A stretch of DNA of 61,659 nt, filler included. It is 6 parts of 6 records of this genome, joined end to end, with 100 filler letters (N's around TTAATTAATTAA, not from the genome) between each part and the next. Parts side by side here need not be neighbours in the genome. Positions count along the whole stretch, not along the records: positions 1 to 21,939 come from SRR31156797_9998; 5 more parts are not named here. One strand, 5' to 3'. Positions 9,756 to 19,791 of this stretch are shown in pieces. The position numbers and the translations under genes are program-made. Below the pieces are notes generated by a model. The model was given only the letters and a program-made list of their open reading frames with translations. It was not told the DNA's origin and did not search any database. The first letter of the stretch is position 1, and every line of letters begins with the position of its first letter.

Positions 9756-10715
9756 ATGACAGAGGTAACTTATTCCTGGGGACACAGCAGACGATATAAT
9801 GATTTCCCATCTTATTTTAAGAACCGTTTTTCTGAACGGATTCAAAAAGTGTCGATTGACGCTGGTTTTACTTGTCCTAATAGGGATGGTAGTAAAGGAG
9901 TGGGAGGCTGTACCTATTGTAATAACAATAGTTTTAATCCTGATTATTGCAGTCCAAGAAAATCGGTAAGCGAACAAATAACCGAAGGCATTGACTTCTT
10001 CAAAGCCAAGTATAAAAGCCAGAAATACCTTGCCTATTTTCAAGCTTATTCAAATACCTACGGAAGTTTGGAGAAGATAAAGGAGATGTATGAAGAAGCT
10101 TTGTCTCACGAAAAAGTAGTTGGATTGGTTATCGGCACCAGACCTGATTGTGTAAATAATGCCATATTGGATTACCTGGAAGAATTGGCTAAGGATTATT
10201 ACATTGGAATAGAGTATGGAGTGGAGTCTGCAAATGATGATGCTTTACAAGCAATAAATCGAGGACACAATTATGCAGAATCGGAAAGGGCGATATTAAA
10301 TACGGCTAAACGTGGAATTCATATCGGAGCACATTTGGTAAATGGTTTACCTTTTGATACAAAAGAGGATATGATTGCACACGCGGTTCGCTTGTCTAAA
10401 TTACCGATCGAAACCTTAAAATTGCATCAGCTTCAAATTCTGAATCATACACAGATGGCAAAAGAGTATGAGGAGTCACCAGAAAGATTTTATCTTTTTG
10501 ACTTGGATGAGTATTTGGATTTTATTGTGGATGTGATTGAAAGAATTAATCCAGCAGTAATGTTGGAAAGGTTTTTAAATCAAGCTCCTCCGGGATGGTT
10601 AATTGCGCCCAAATGGGGAGGTGTAAAAAATTACCAATTTTTACACAAGCTGGATAAAAGATTGCAAGAGAGAGACACCTGGCAAGGAAAACTATTTGAA
10701 GAAGAATCTATTTGA
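9756..10715 (+). CDS. TIGR01212 family radical SAM protein (YhcC/YtqA-like)
   Basis: AGFTCPNRDG..GGCTYC with the atypical Cys spacing of this family; YFQAYSNTY; IGTRPDC. Confidence 0.9.
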   Translation: MTEVTYSWGHSRRYNDFPSYFKNRFSERIQKVSIDAGFTCPNRDGSKGVGGCTYCNNNSFNPDYCSPRKSVSEQITEGIDFFKAKYKSQKYLAYFQAYSNTYGSLEKIKEMYEEALSHEKVVGLVIGTRPDCVNNAILDYLEELAKDYYIGIEYGVESANDDALQAINRGHNYAESERAILNTAKRGIHIGAHLVNGLPFDTKEDMIAHAVRLSKLPIETLKLHQLQILNHTQMAKEYEESPERFYLFDLDEYLDFIVDVIERINPAVMLERFLNQAPPGWLIAPKWGGVKNYQFLHKLDKRLQERDTWQGKLFEEESI

Positions 10716-11433
10716 GTTCTTTTAATGTTTGAACTCCCTTTTTGTATCCCAATTTCACAGAAGCCTCAATATCTTTAATTGCGGCTTTTTTATTGCCATC
10801 TTTTAGTTGTGCAATGCCTCTTGCATAATAGGCTCGATCCAATTTTTTATCAATGCCAATTGCCTTATTGTAAAACTTGATTGCCTCTTTGTAATTTTTA
10901 GTACAATCGAGAGATACAGCTTTGTTGTAATACACGCCGGATGAATTCAATCCAATTCTTATGGAATGATTGTAATCTGCAATGGCAGCCTGATAATCTT
11001 CGATGTAATATTTGCATATGCCACGATAGTGATATGCTTTAATATTTCGAGGATTAATGCTTAGTACGTGAGTATAATCCTCAATTGCTTTTTTGTAATT
11101 TTTTTGATTTTCGTAAAGGATGGCACGATTCAGATAGGCTTCTTCTTCAAATTTTTGTTTGCCAATAACTACATTTAAATCTTTAATGGCAACCCGATTG
11201 TTGTTTAAAAAAGAATAGCATACGGCACGATTAAAATAAGCAGGAAGATAGTTCTTATCTTTTTTAATGATTTGGGTAAAATGCTTAACGGCTTCTTCGT
11301 ATTTTTTATTACTCAATAATTCAATACCCTTTTCATTTTCATAATCCTGTTTCGATTTTTCACAGCTACTGAAAATAAAAAGAACTCCCGTTAGAAGTAC
11401 AATAATAAATGCTTTTGGGTAGAATTGTGCCAT
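10708..11433 (-). CDS. TPR lipoprotein
   Basis: Lipobox-like FSSC and repeated AY(F/L/Y)NR/ARG TPR units; 8-bp convergent overlap with the neighbouring gene. Confidence 0.85.
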   Translation of the reverse strand: MAQFYPKAFIIVLLTGVLFIFSSCEKSKQDYENEKGIELLSNKKYEEAVKHFTQIIKKDKNYLPAYFNRAVCYSFLNNNRVAIKDLNVVIGKQKFEEEAYLNRAILYENQKNYKKAIEDYTHVLSINPRNIKAYHYRGICKYYIEDYQAAIADYNHSIRIGLNSSGVYYNKAVSLDCTKNYKEAIKFYNKAIGIDKKLDRAYYARGIAQLKDGNKKAAIKDIEASVKLGYKKGVQTLKELK

Positions 11434-11544
11434 AGATTATAGATGCAGTTAGAAAACCAATGTACAATAATATCTATAAATATTAAAATATTAAGATTTC
11501 AATATTATAGATATTATTACTAAGTGTTAATTTTCATGTTTGAA

Positions 11545-13377
11545 TTACCTAAATAGTTTGGTGAGTAAATCTTTTTTACCCATTTTAACCAATTCGGTTT
11601 TTATCGCATCGCGATATTCTTTTTTATACCAAAACAGAAACTTTCTCTGTGATAATTTCTCCTTTTTAGACTTTGCTGTATATACTTTTTTAAGTGTGTA
11701 AGGATGATAACCTGAGTAGTAAATAACCGTTGCTACTGTCATTGGTGTTGGTGTGAAATCCTGCACTTGTTCCAACTTAAAATCCAATTCTTTGGTTTTA
11801 ATTGCCAAATCAGCCATATCGCTACCTTGACTTCCTGGATGACTAGATATGAAATAAGGAATCAATTGCTGATTCATGCCTTCCTTCTTATTGATTTCAT
11901 CAAACAAGCTTTTTAGTTTGTAAAACAGTTTAAAAGAGGGCTTTCTCATCATATTCAATACTTCATCTGAAGTGTGCTCAGGTGCCACTTTTAATCGTCC
12001 TGAGACATGATTTTTAATCAGTTCCGTAGCATATTCCTTATTCGATTTGTTAGCCGCTTCATCTTTTGTCTGATGTAGCATTAAATCGTAACGTATACCA
12101 CTACCAATAAATGATTTTTTAACGCCTGGTATTTTATCCACCTTTTTGTAAATGTCAAGCATTGGCTGGTGGTTGGTGTTCAGGTTTGGACAAACATCAG
12201 GATGTACACATGAAGGTCTTCTACAAGTTTTGCAGATGGATTCAAAAATCCCTTTCATCTGGTACATGTTGGCCGATGGTCCACCCAAATCAGAAAGATA
12301 GCCTTTGAAGTCATCCATCTTTGTAATGTATTCAACCTCTTTCAGGATAGATTTTTCAGATCTGTTGGCAATAAATTTTCCCTGATGGGCAGAAATGGTA
12401 CAGAAGGAACATCCTCCAAAACAGCCGCGATGCATGTTAACCGAAAACTTAATCATATCAAAGGAAGGAATAGGTTTTCCTTTGTATCGGGGATGAGGAA
12501 GTCTTGTGAAGGGCAGATCGTAAATCTCATCCATTTCCTTCTCGTTCATTACCGGATAGGGAGGATTGACTACGATTTGTTGCTGCTCAAAATCCTGAGT
12601 TAATTTCTTTGCCAGCATGGCATTCGATTCCATTTCGATGTATCGGAAATTACTGGCAAACTTCTTTTTATCAGATAGACAGTTCTCGTGAGAAAACAAT
12701 TCCTGACTTTGCCACTGTTTTTTTGTGGCATATTTTTCATCCTGTGCAACCAGGAATGAGGTTTGTGGAATGTTTGTAAGGGAATAAAAAGGAACACCTC
12801 TTTTCATCAAACGGATGATTTCCTTCAAGGGTTTTTCACCCATTCCGTATACTAGTAAATCGGCACCACTATCGCAAAGAATACTTGGTTTCAATTCATC
12901 TTCCCAATAGTCGTAGTGTGTTACTCTTCGCAATGAAGCTTCGATACCACCAATTAAAATAGGAGTGTCAGGATAGATTTTCTTTAAAATCTGAGAGTAA
13001 ACCACCGTTGGTTTATCCGGACGGAATCCATGTTTTCCTCCTGGAGTATAAGCATCATCATGTCGCAATCTTCTGTTTGCGGTATAATGATTTACCATAG
13101 AATCCATGTTCCCGGCAGTAACACCAAAAAATAATCGGGGTTGACCGAGTTTCTTGAAATCGCGCAAATCGTCTCGCCAATTGGGCTGAGGAACGATGGC
13201 TACTTTTAAACCTTCTTTTTCGATAATTCTACCTATTACCGAAGCACCAAACGAGGGATGATCCACATATGCATCACCGCTAAAAAGGATTACATCCAGT
13301 TCTTCCCAACCTCTTTCTTTTACCTCCTTGGCTGATGTAGGTAGCCATTGATTATATCTTGTGTTTTTTTCTGCCAT
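11545..13377 (-). CDS. ygiQ: YgiQ family radical SAM protein (UPF0313)
   Basis: GDAYVDHPSFG, RGCFGGCSFC, DLGGPSANMY, LKVAPEH and QVQDFTPTPM. Start placed at MAEKN, downstream of the promoter motif. Confidence 0.9.
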   Translation of the reverse strand: MAEKNTRYNQWLPTSAKEVKERGWEELDVILFSGDAYVDHPSFGASVIGRIIEKEGLKVAIVPQPNWRDDLRDFKKLGQPRLFFGVTAGNMDSMVNHYTANRRLRHDDAYTPGGKHGFRPDKPTVVYSQILKKIYPDTPILIGGIEASLRRVTHYDYWEDELKPSILCDSGADLLVYGMGEKPLKEIIRLMKRGVPFYSLTNIPQTSFLVAQDEKYATKKQWQSQELFSHENCLSDKKKFASNFRYIEMESNAMLAKKLTQDFEQQQIVVNPPYPVMNEKEMDEIYDLPFTRLPHPRYKGKPIPSFDMIKFSVNMHRGCFGGCSFCTISAHQGKFIANRSEKSILKEVEYITKMDDFKGYLSDLGGPSANMYQMKGIFESICKTCRRPSCVHPDVCPNLNTNHQPMLDIYKKVDKIPGVKKSFIGSGIRYDLMLHQTKDEAANKSNKEYATELIKNHVSGRLKVAPEHTSDEVLNMMRKPSFKLFYKLKSLFDEINKKEGMNQQLIPYFISSHPGSQGSDMADLAIKTKELDFKLEQVQDFTPTPMTVATVIYYSGYHPYTLKKVYTAKSKKEKLSQRKFLFWYKKEYRDAIKTELVKMGKKDLLTKLFR

Positions 13378-13394
13378 AAGTCTTGAAATTACTG

Positions 13395-13497
13395 CAAAGA
13401 TAGGATTATTTAAAAACATTTTAAAGAAGCCTGCTTTAATCTGTGCTTATTGTTGTAAATAGAGCTTTGGAACTTCAAATCTTTGGATATATATTTG
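13395..13497. promoter_or_regulatory. Divergent Bacteroidota promoters (ygiQ / PHP phosphatase)
   Basis: Minus strand TATCTTTG at 13395-13402; plus strand TTTG(13466-13469)-N20-TATATTTG(13490-13497). Confidence 0.65.
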
Positions 13498-13514
13498 CCA
13501 ACATAAAATTGTCT

Positions 13515-14354
13515 ATGGATTACTTTTCATTTCATACTCATTCATCATTTTGTGACGGTAAGATGTCAGCAGAAGATTATGTCTTGCGTGCCATTCAGTT
13601 AGGAATGCACTCTTTGGGTTTTTCATCTCATGCACCAATGATTCTTGATTATGTGTGGGCAATGAAAAGATCCAATTTAGAATCTTATTTACACGAAATA
13701 AGCAGGCTGAAAGAAAAATACAAGAGTAAGATAAATATTTATCGCTCGCTTGAGATTGATTACATTCCTGGAATTAGTAAGCCTTTTTACAATTGGAAAA
13801 CGGATTGTCAGTTGGATTACACCATTGGTTCTGTTCATTTGGTGAAAGCCGATTCTAATTCTAATTTTTGGTTTTTAGATGGTCCTGCTACGAATTACAG
13901 CAAGGGAATTTTAGAATTGTTTGATGGTGATGTGAAAAAGGCAGTTTCTTCCTATTATCATCAGGTAATCGACATGATAAGCATTGAGAAGCCAGATGTA
14001 ATTGGTCATGTGGATAAGGTGAAAATGAATAACAAAGGACAATTTTTCTCAGAAAATGAAGTTTGGTATGTTGATTTGTTAAATGAAACCTTAGGTGCGA
14101 TAGAAAAATCGGACTCTATTGTTGAAGTCAATACAAGAGGATTGTACAAAAAGAAATCGAATGATTTGTTTCCTGATTCTTACTTTTTGGAAGAGTGTTT
14201 TCGTAGGAATATTTCTGTTACTATTAGTTCAGATGCCCATCATCCCGATGAATTAATTTCGGAGTTTGATTTTACTCGTGAGAAGTTGAAAAGTATTGGT
14301 TTCGAGAAGGTTTCCGTCTTTGAGGAAGGAGCATGGCAAGATGTCAAAATCTGA
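13515..14354 (+). CDS. PHP-domain histidinol-phosphatase (HisJ family)
   Basis: FHTHSSFCDG, GFSSH, LEIDY, IGSVH, IGHVD, EVNTRG and SSDAH metal-binding motifs. Confidence 0.85.
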   Translation: MDYFSFHTHSSFCDGKMSAEDYVLRAIQLGMHSLGFSSHAPMILDYVWAMKRSNLESYLHEISRLKEKYKSKINIYRSLEIDYIPGISKPFYNWKTDCQLDYTIGSVHLVKADSNSNFWFLDGPATNYSKGILELFDGDVKKAVSSYYHQVIDMISIEKPDVIGHVDKVKMNNKGQFFSENEVWYVDLLNETLGAIEKSDSIVEVNTRGLYKKKSNDLFPDSYFLEECFRRNISVTISSDAHHPDELISEFDFTREKLKSIGFEKVSVFEEGAWQDVKI

Positions 14355-14598
14355 AATCGGATAGGGAAGCATTATTTAACCGAATATTGAGAAGAAGAAT
14401 GGAGAAATTATGCTATTTTTACTCAGTTCAAAATATGATATCAACCTAATGGAATACATGTTTATTCTACTATCATATTTGTCTGGAGCATAAAAAGGAC
14501 CTTAAAATAAAACTTAAAAATGCAAGCAGTTCATTAAGTAAGCTTAGTGAATAGTTAATGATTCATGTGAAAATCAGCTTGTAGGAAAAAAAATATAT

Positions 14599-16404
14599 AT
14601 GAAATTAGTTGATCCAAAAGATTTACTGAAAGCAAGTGATAGTTTAAATTGGTTTGGAGGAGAGAGTTTTGCAAAACTTCTAATGTACATCCTGAAATTG
14701 AACAAACTCAATAAATTGTATTCCGAAAACTGTTGTAAGGATGGAATTGAATTTATCGATGCTTTAATTGACGAGCTTGGGGTGAAGTTTGAGTTTGATG
14801 AAGAAGAATTGAAGCGAATTCCTAAGGAAGGACCCTTTATTACGATCTCGAATCATCCTTTTGGAGGAATTGATGGTATTATCCTGATAAAATTGGTTTG
14901 TATGGTTCGCCCTGATTTTAAGGCGATGGCAAATTTCTTACTAAAAAAGGTGGAACCGATTCAGGATTATTTTTTGGGTGTAAACCCATTTGAATCACGA
15001 AAAGGAGCAGCTTCGAGTACTGGTGGAATAAAAGAAGCATTGAGACACTTGAGCAATGGAATGCCTTTGGGTATTTTCCCGGCAGGTGAGGTTTCGTCCT
15101 ACCAATCTCAAACCAATAACATTACCGACAAACAATGGATGCCTTCTATCTTAAAATTAATTAAGAAGGCTGAAGTACCTGTTGTTCCTATCTATTTTCA
15201 GGGAAGCAATAGTTTGATATTCCATCTGCTTGGGATGATTCATCCAACATTGAGAACGGTAAAATTGCCTTCGGAGCTTTTGAATAAAAATAAGAAGGTG
15301 ATTCGCATAAGAATAGGAAATCCGATATCGGTTAAAGATCAGAAAGGATTTACTGATATCAATCAGTATGGACGCTTTTTACGTGCGAAAACCTATATGT
15401 TGGGAACTCCGATTGAGGTGAAGAAGTTTTATCAGTTCAAGCGAAAAACAAAGAAGGAAAAAGTTGAAGAGATCATTGATGCCGTAGATCCGAACCTAAT
15501 TCGTTCCGAGGTAGAAGGTCTTCATGAGGATTATATGCTTTTTAAAAGTAGGAATTATGTGGTGTATTGCGCTCCATCGAATAAATTACCAAATATACTT
15601 AACGAACTGGGTCGACTGAGAGAAATTACATTTCGTGAGGTAGGAGAGGGTACGAATCAAAGTATAGATGTTGACGAGTACGATTTGTATTATCACCAGC
15701 TGTTTATTTGGGATGAAGAAAATCATAAAATTGTTGGTGCTTATCGGGTAGGTAAGGGACATGAGATTCTATCGGGCTATGGACTGAAAGGATTTTATCT
15801 TCAAAGTCTGTTTCGTATGAGTAAGGAGTTTCAGCCAATATTAAGCCAATCTTTGGAATTGGGACGTTCCTTTATTGTGAAGGAATATCAGCGTAAGCCA
15901 TTGCCTTTGTTTTTGCTGTGGAAAGGAATTTTATACTTCCTGCTTAAAAATCCTGAATCGAGATATTTAATTGGTCCTGTGAGTATTAGTAATAAATATT
16001 CCGATCTCTCTAAGGATTTGATTATTAAATTTATTATGGCGAATTACTTCAATTATGATTTGGGGCAGTTCATTAAATCTCGTAAGAAATTTAAGGTTAA
16101 AACTACTGATGTAGATATTGATATTTTATTGGAGACCGCAAAGAGTGATATCAATAAATTGGACAAGTTGATTGGTGATTTTGAGATTACTAACGACAAG
16201 CTTCCTGTATTGTTGAAGAAATACATATCGCTTAATGCAAAGATTATAGGCTTTAATATCGATCCAAATTTTAATGATTGTTTGGATGGCTTGATTGTGA
16301 TTGATTTATTTGATGTTCCTGTACAGGTAATCGAATCGTTATCAAAGGAAATAAAGGACGATACCATTCTTAAAAGATTTTCTTCTGAAGATATAGGTTT
16401 TTAA
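14599..16404 (+). CDS. Bifunctional PlsC-type acyltransferase / GNAT N-acyltransferase (OlsF-like)
   Basis: N-domain NHPFGGIDG (HX4D) and FPAGEVS; C-domain RLREITFREVGEG, VGAYR, LELGRSF and LLWKGI. Confidence 0.8.
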   Translation: MKLVDPKDLLKASDSLNWFGGESFAKLLMYILKLNKLNKLYSENCCKDGIEFIDALIDELGVKFEFDEEELKRIPKEGPFITISNHPFGGIDGIILIKLVCMVRPDFKAMANFLLKKVEPIQDYFLGVNPFESRKGAASSTGGIKEALRHLSNGMPLGIFPAGEVSSYQSQTNNITDKQWMPSILKLIKKAEVPVVPIYFQGSNSLIFHLLGMIHPTLRTVKLPSELLNKNKKVIRIRIGNPISVKDQKGFTDINQYGRFLRAKTYMLGTPIEVKKFYQFKRKTKKEKVEEIIDAVDPNLIRSEVEGLHEDYMLFKSRNYVVYCAPSNKLPNILNELGRLREITFREVGEGTNQSIDVDEYDLYYHQLFIWDEENHKIVGAYRVGKGHEILSGYGLKGFYLQSLFRMSKEFQPILSQSLELGRSFIVKEYQRKPLPLFLLWKGILYFLLKNPESRYLIGPVSISNKYSDLSKDLIIKFIMANYFNYDLGQFIKSRKKFKVKTTDVDIDILLETAKSDINKLDKLIGDFEITNDKLPVLLKKYISLNAKIIGFNIDPNFNDCLDGLIVIDLFDVPVQVIESLSKEIKDDTILKRFSSEDIGF

Positions 16405-16435
16405 CCGATAATTTTCCGAACTTTGCGAATCAATT

Positions 16436-17110
16436 TTGATAACTGAAAAAGACGACTATTTGGACTTGCAATATATAATTAAAGGAATTGGGATAGGCTT
16501 GATGGCTTCGATACCATTGGGACCTATTGGTGTTTTGATTATTCAAAAAACACTGCAAAAAGGCAGGCTTGCTGGCTTTGTCTCCGGATCGGGAGCCGCC
16601 GTCGCAGATACTCTTTTTGCATCGATAGCCGTTTTGGGTTTGGGTTTTGTGATTAACTTTATACAAGCACAGGAATTTTACTTCAGATTAATTGGATCTA
16701 TCTTTTTGGTTTTTGTTGGCTTACGAATTTTCTTAACCAATACCATTGAGCAGTTCAGAAAATCTCAGGCACCAGGCAAGAGAGGGATGTTTGGCGATTT
16801 TTTAGCCATCTTTTTCCTGACCCTTTCCAATCCAATTGCAGTGATCTTTTTTGGAGCGATGTTTGCCGGAGCTTCGGTTTTTGGTGATGCCCACTCAGCA
16901 AAGATTGCACTGTATTTATTGGTAGGCGTTTTATTGGGAGGAGCACTTTGGTGGTATGCTTTGTCTACTCTTGTAGATATATTCAGGAAAAAATTTCGTC
17001 TAAAGCAGATGTTCTGGATCAATAAAATCTCTGGATTGATCATCGCAATTTTAGGATTTTTAGTTTTCCTTTCCTGTTTCGAACCCATAAAATCATTTGT
17101 GTATCAGTAA
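16436..17110 (+). CDS. LysE family translocator
   Basis: PLGPIGVLII..G..SG.GAAVAD and LTLSNP motifs; six TM segments. Exact start uncertain. Confidence 0.85.
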   Translation: MITEKDDYLDLQYIIKGIGIGLMASIPLGPIGVLIIQKTLQKGRLAGFVSGSGAAVADTLFASIAVLGLGFVINFIQAQEFYFRLIGSIFLVFVGLRIFLTNTIEQFRKSQAPGKRGMFGDFLAIFFLTLSNPIAVIFFGAMFAGASVFGDAHSAKIALYLLVGVLLGGALWWYALSTLVDIFRKKFRLKQMFWINKISGLIIAILGFLVFLSCFEPIKSFVYQ

Positions 17111-17132
17111 ATAAATCTAAGACATTATAAAG

Positions 17133-17169
17133 AAAAACCCTGTCGATTCAGTATCAACAGGGTTTTTTT
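17133..17169. terminator. Bidirectional intrinsic terminator
   Basis: AAAAACCCTGT..ACAGGGTTTTTTT between convergent genes. Confidence 0.8.
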
Positions 17170-17193
17170 ATTGCCTTAAAATATCTTAGCAAT

Positions 17194-18222
17194 CTATTTT
17201 ATTGTCACCATGGTTGCGCCCCAGCCATACTCCTTAAAGGATGCATCCTGTTGGTAATGTTTCTTGTATTTTCTGCGCAATTCGTCATGTATTTTCTTTT
17301 TTAAAGTACCATTGCCAATGCCATGTATGAATACAATTTTCTGCCCTTTGTTGCCCTGGTTTTTTCTCAAAACACTATGAAATTCATTCAGCTGATATTC
17401 CAAAATGTCGGCATTGGAAAGTCCGGTAACCGAATCAATTAAAGAGTTAATGTGAAGATCTACTTCCAGAATGTTGTCATTCGACTTGCTTTTCGTCTGC
17501 TTGATATTTTTACCGCCTCCGTATTCTTTCTCTCGAATGACCTGTTTTACCTCTTTTTTACTCAGTTCTTCAATTTTCTGTTCGAGATTTTCACCCGTTA
17601 ATTTGTAAAGAATTACATCCTGATGAAAGTAGGAAGTTTCTTTATAGCTACTCGATTTGTGGAATTTAACAGGCTGAATTTTAATGTTCTTTACCAAGGG
17701 AGCTTTGATGACAGAAGCACCTTGCTGATAGAATAAGATTTGGAAAAAACAGCTCGATAATTCGTTCAATTCTTTCTGATCGTACTCACACAATAAAATT
17801 TTTGATTTAGGATCGAGGTTTCCAGCAGTTTTTCCGTTGAGTTCGCCAGTATTCGCATCATAAAAGCCATACAAAAGAATGTGATTTGTATCGTTTATCA
17901 AGTAAAGCTCCAGTGGACTTTCGGTAGGATTGTACCCCTCTCTGGGTGCAAAGGCAACGTAAACATCTTCTTTTTCGATGTGTAATGGTTCATGTTTTGC
18001 CTTGAAGCTGGAACGTTCACTCTTTAATTCGCTCGTTCCTTTTTGATTGCTTGCCTCTCCACCTGCAGCTTCAACCACCACAAGGTTTCTTTTCAGAGTT
18101 GGAATTTCAAACTCATCCTCTTCATTCAAGACCATTACAGTATTGGCATCGACGATGCGTGTTACCAAACCACCACCTGTTTCATTTAAAAATCGGACTT
18201 TATCGCCTATATTTATTTGCAT
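17194..18222 (-). CDS. DUF2027 / Smr domain protein
   Basis: N-terminal IGDKVRFLNETGGG; C-terminal Smr-like EVDLH, IVFIHGIGNGTL and YGWGATMV. Confidence 0.88.
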   Translation of the reverse strand: MQINIGDKVRFLNETGGGLVTRIVDANTVMVLNEEDEFEIPTLKRNLVVVEAAGGEASNQKGTSELKSERSSFKAKHEPLHIEKEDVYVAFAPREGYNPTESPLELYLINDTNHILLYGFYDANTGELNGKTAGNLDPKSKILLCEYDQKELNELSSCFFQILFYQQGASVIKAPLVKNIKIQPVKFHKSSSYKETSYFHQDVILYKLTGENLEQKIEELSKKEVKQVIREKEYGGGKNIKQTKSKSNDNILEVDLHINSLIDSVTGLSNADILEYQLNEFHSVLRKNQGNKGQKIVFIHGIGNGTLKKKIHDELRRKYKKHYQQDASFKEYGWGATMVTIK

Positions 18223-18383
18223 TTTGTATTTTTTTAAGCGGTTTTACATTGGACAATCATTTGCAGCTTGTCCTAATGAAATTGAATTCTTCTCTTTGTT
18301 TTCAATTTCGCTCAAAGTTAACTATTTTTGCCGATCAAAATTAACGGCAAGGCTATAAATACTTGCAGGCGGAGAAAAGGAAA

Positions 18384-19619
18384 ATGGAAACAAATACAGG
18401 AAACTTGAAATCTGAAACGAAAGAAATTCAGATTGCTGAATACACATACGATTTACCAGATTGCAGAATTGCGAAACATCCATTGCAAAATAGAGATGTA
18501 TCGAAATTGTTGGTTTACAGAGGTGGTGAAATAAAAGAAAGGGTATTCGATCAGCTTCCACTTGAGATCGCTTCAGGAACTAAAATGGTGTTCAATAATA
18601 CCAAGGTTATTCAGGCGAGACTTATTTTCCATAAAGACACTGGAGCACGTGTTGAGATTTTTTGTCTGGAACCCTTGAGTCCTGCGGATTACAATTTGGC
18701 ATTTCAGGCTAAGGGGCAGTCTTCGTGGAAGTGTATTGTTGGAAACTTGCGAAAATGGAAATCGGGTATTTTAAAAATGCCATTTTTTGTTGAGGGACAA
18801 GAGTTTGTCCTGCAGGCAGAGAGAGTAAATCAATTGGATGGAGCACAGGAGGTAGAGTTTTCGTGGAATCATCCGGAATTGTGTTTCAGTGAAGTGTTAG
18901 AGCAAACGGGTAAAATTCCAATTCCTCCCTATTTGAATCGCGATACCGAAGAGGGTGATTTGCTTAGATATCAAACCGTTTATTCCAAGTTCGAGGGATC
19001 GGTAGCGGCACCAACCGCTGGCTTGCATTTTACCAATGAAGTTTTTGCAGAATTGGATGGCAAAGGAGTAGAGCGTGAGGAGTTGACCTTGCACGTTGGA
19101 GCAGGAACATTTAAGCCCGTAAAATCAGAACAGATTGGTGATCATGAAATGCATACAGAGCACATTCAGGTTACCCGGGAGAGTCTGAAAAGTATCGTAG
19201 AAGCAAAAGAGCAAATTATTGCCGTGGGTACCACATCGGTGCGAACGCTGGAAAGTTTGTATTGGATGGGGGTGAAGTTGTTAACAGATCAACAGGAACC
19301 AGCTCTTTTAAAGCAATGGGAAGCTTATCAATTGCCAAATCATTATAGTATAAAGGAGTCCTTTGAAGCCATTTGCTCTTATATGGATGAAAAGGAATTG
19401 AGTTTGTTTAATGCGGCTACGCAAATTATTATCGCGCCGGGTTACGACTTTAAAGTGATTTCGGGATTGGTGACTAATTTTCATCAGCCTCAGAGTACCT
19501 TATTGCTATTGATATCTGCCCTGGTGGGTCAAGGCTGGAGAGATATATACAATTATGCCCTTGAAAACGACTTTAGATTCCTTAGTTACGGGGATAGTTC
19601 TTTGTTGATGAAAGAGTAA
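18384..19619 (+). CDS. queA: S-adenosylmethionine:tRNA ribosyltransferase-isomerase
   Basis: FNNTKVIQARL, PIPPYLNR, RYQTVY, GSVAAPTAGLHF, LHVGAGTF, TNFHQPQSTL and FLSYGD; TAnnTTTG promoter at 18323-18330. Confidence 0.95.
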   Translation: METNTGNLKSETKEIQIAEYTYDLPDCRIAKHPLQNRDVSKLLVYRGGEIKERVFDQLPLEIASGTKMVFNNTKVIQARLIFHKDTGARVEIFCLEPLSPADYNLAFQAKGQSSWKCIVGNLRKWKSGILKMPFFVEGQEFVLQAERVNQLDGAQEVEFSWNHPELCFSEVLEQTGKIPIPPYLNRDTEEGDLLRYQTVYSKFEGSVAAPTAGLHFTNEVFAELDGKGVEREELTLHVGAGTFKPVKSEQIGDHEMHTEHIQVTRESLKSIVEAKEQIIAVGTTSVRTLESLYWMGVKLLTDQQEPALLKQWEAYQLPNHYSIKESFEAICSYMDEKELSLFNAATQIIIAPGYDFKVISGLVTNFHQPQSTLLLLISALVGQGWRDIYNYALENDFRFLSYGDSSLLMKE

Positions 19620-19620
19620 T

Positions 19621-19738
19621 TTCCAAATATCAATCTCCAAAATCCAAATTAAATTTTCTACTTTGGACCTTTAGTTTATAGCTTGATATTTGTGTTTTGG
19701 GATTTGGAATTTGATACTTGTGAATTGATACTTGTATT
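19621..19738. repeat. Inverted pair of 7-nt periodic tracts
   Basis: Left units ttccaaa/tatcaat/ctccaaa/atccaaa; right, eight TTG-led heptamers at 19683-19738 (ttgatat, ttgtgtt, ttgggat, ttggaat, ttgatac...). Confidence 0.75.
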
Positions 19739-19791
19739 TTCTGTGAAAAAGTTCTATTTTTATTTATGTTCATCCCAAACATACTAAAGAT

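Noticed and set aside
9756..19619. TIGR01212, YgiQ and queA as a novel tRNA-modification cluster
   Set aside because: Different strands, separate promoters and unrelated genes in between; looks like ordinary core-genome order.
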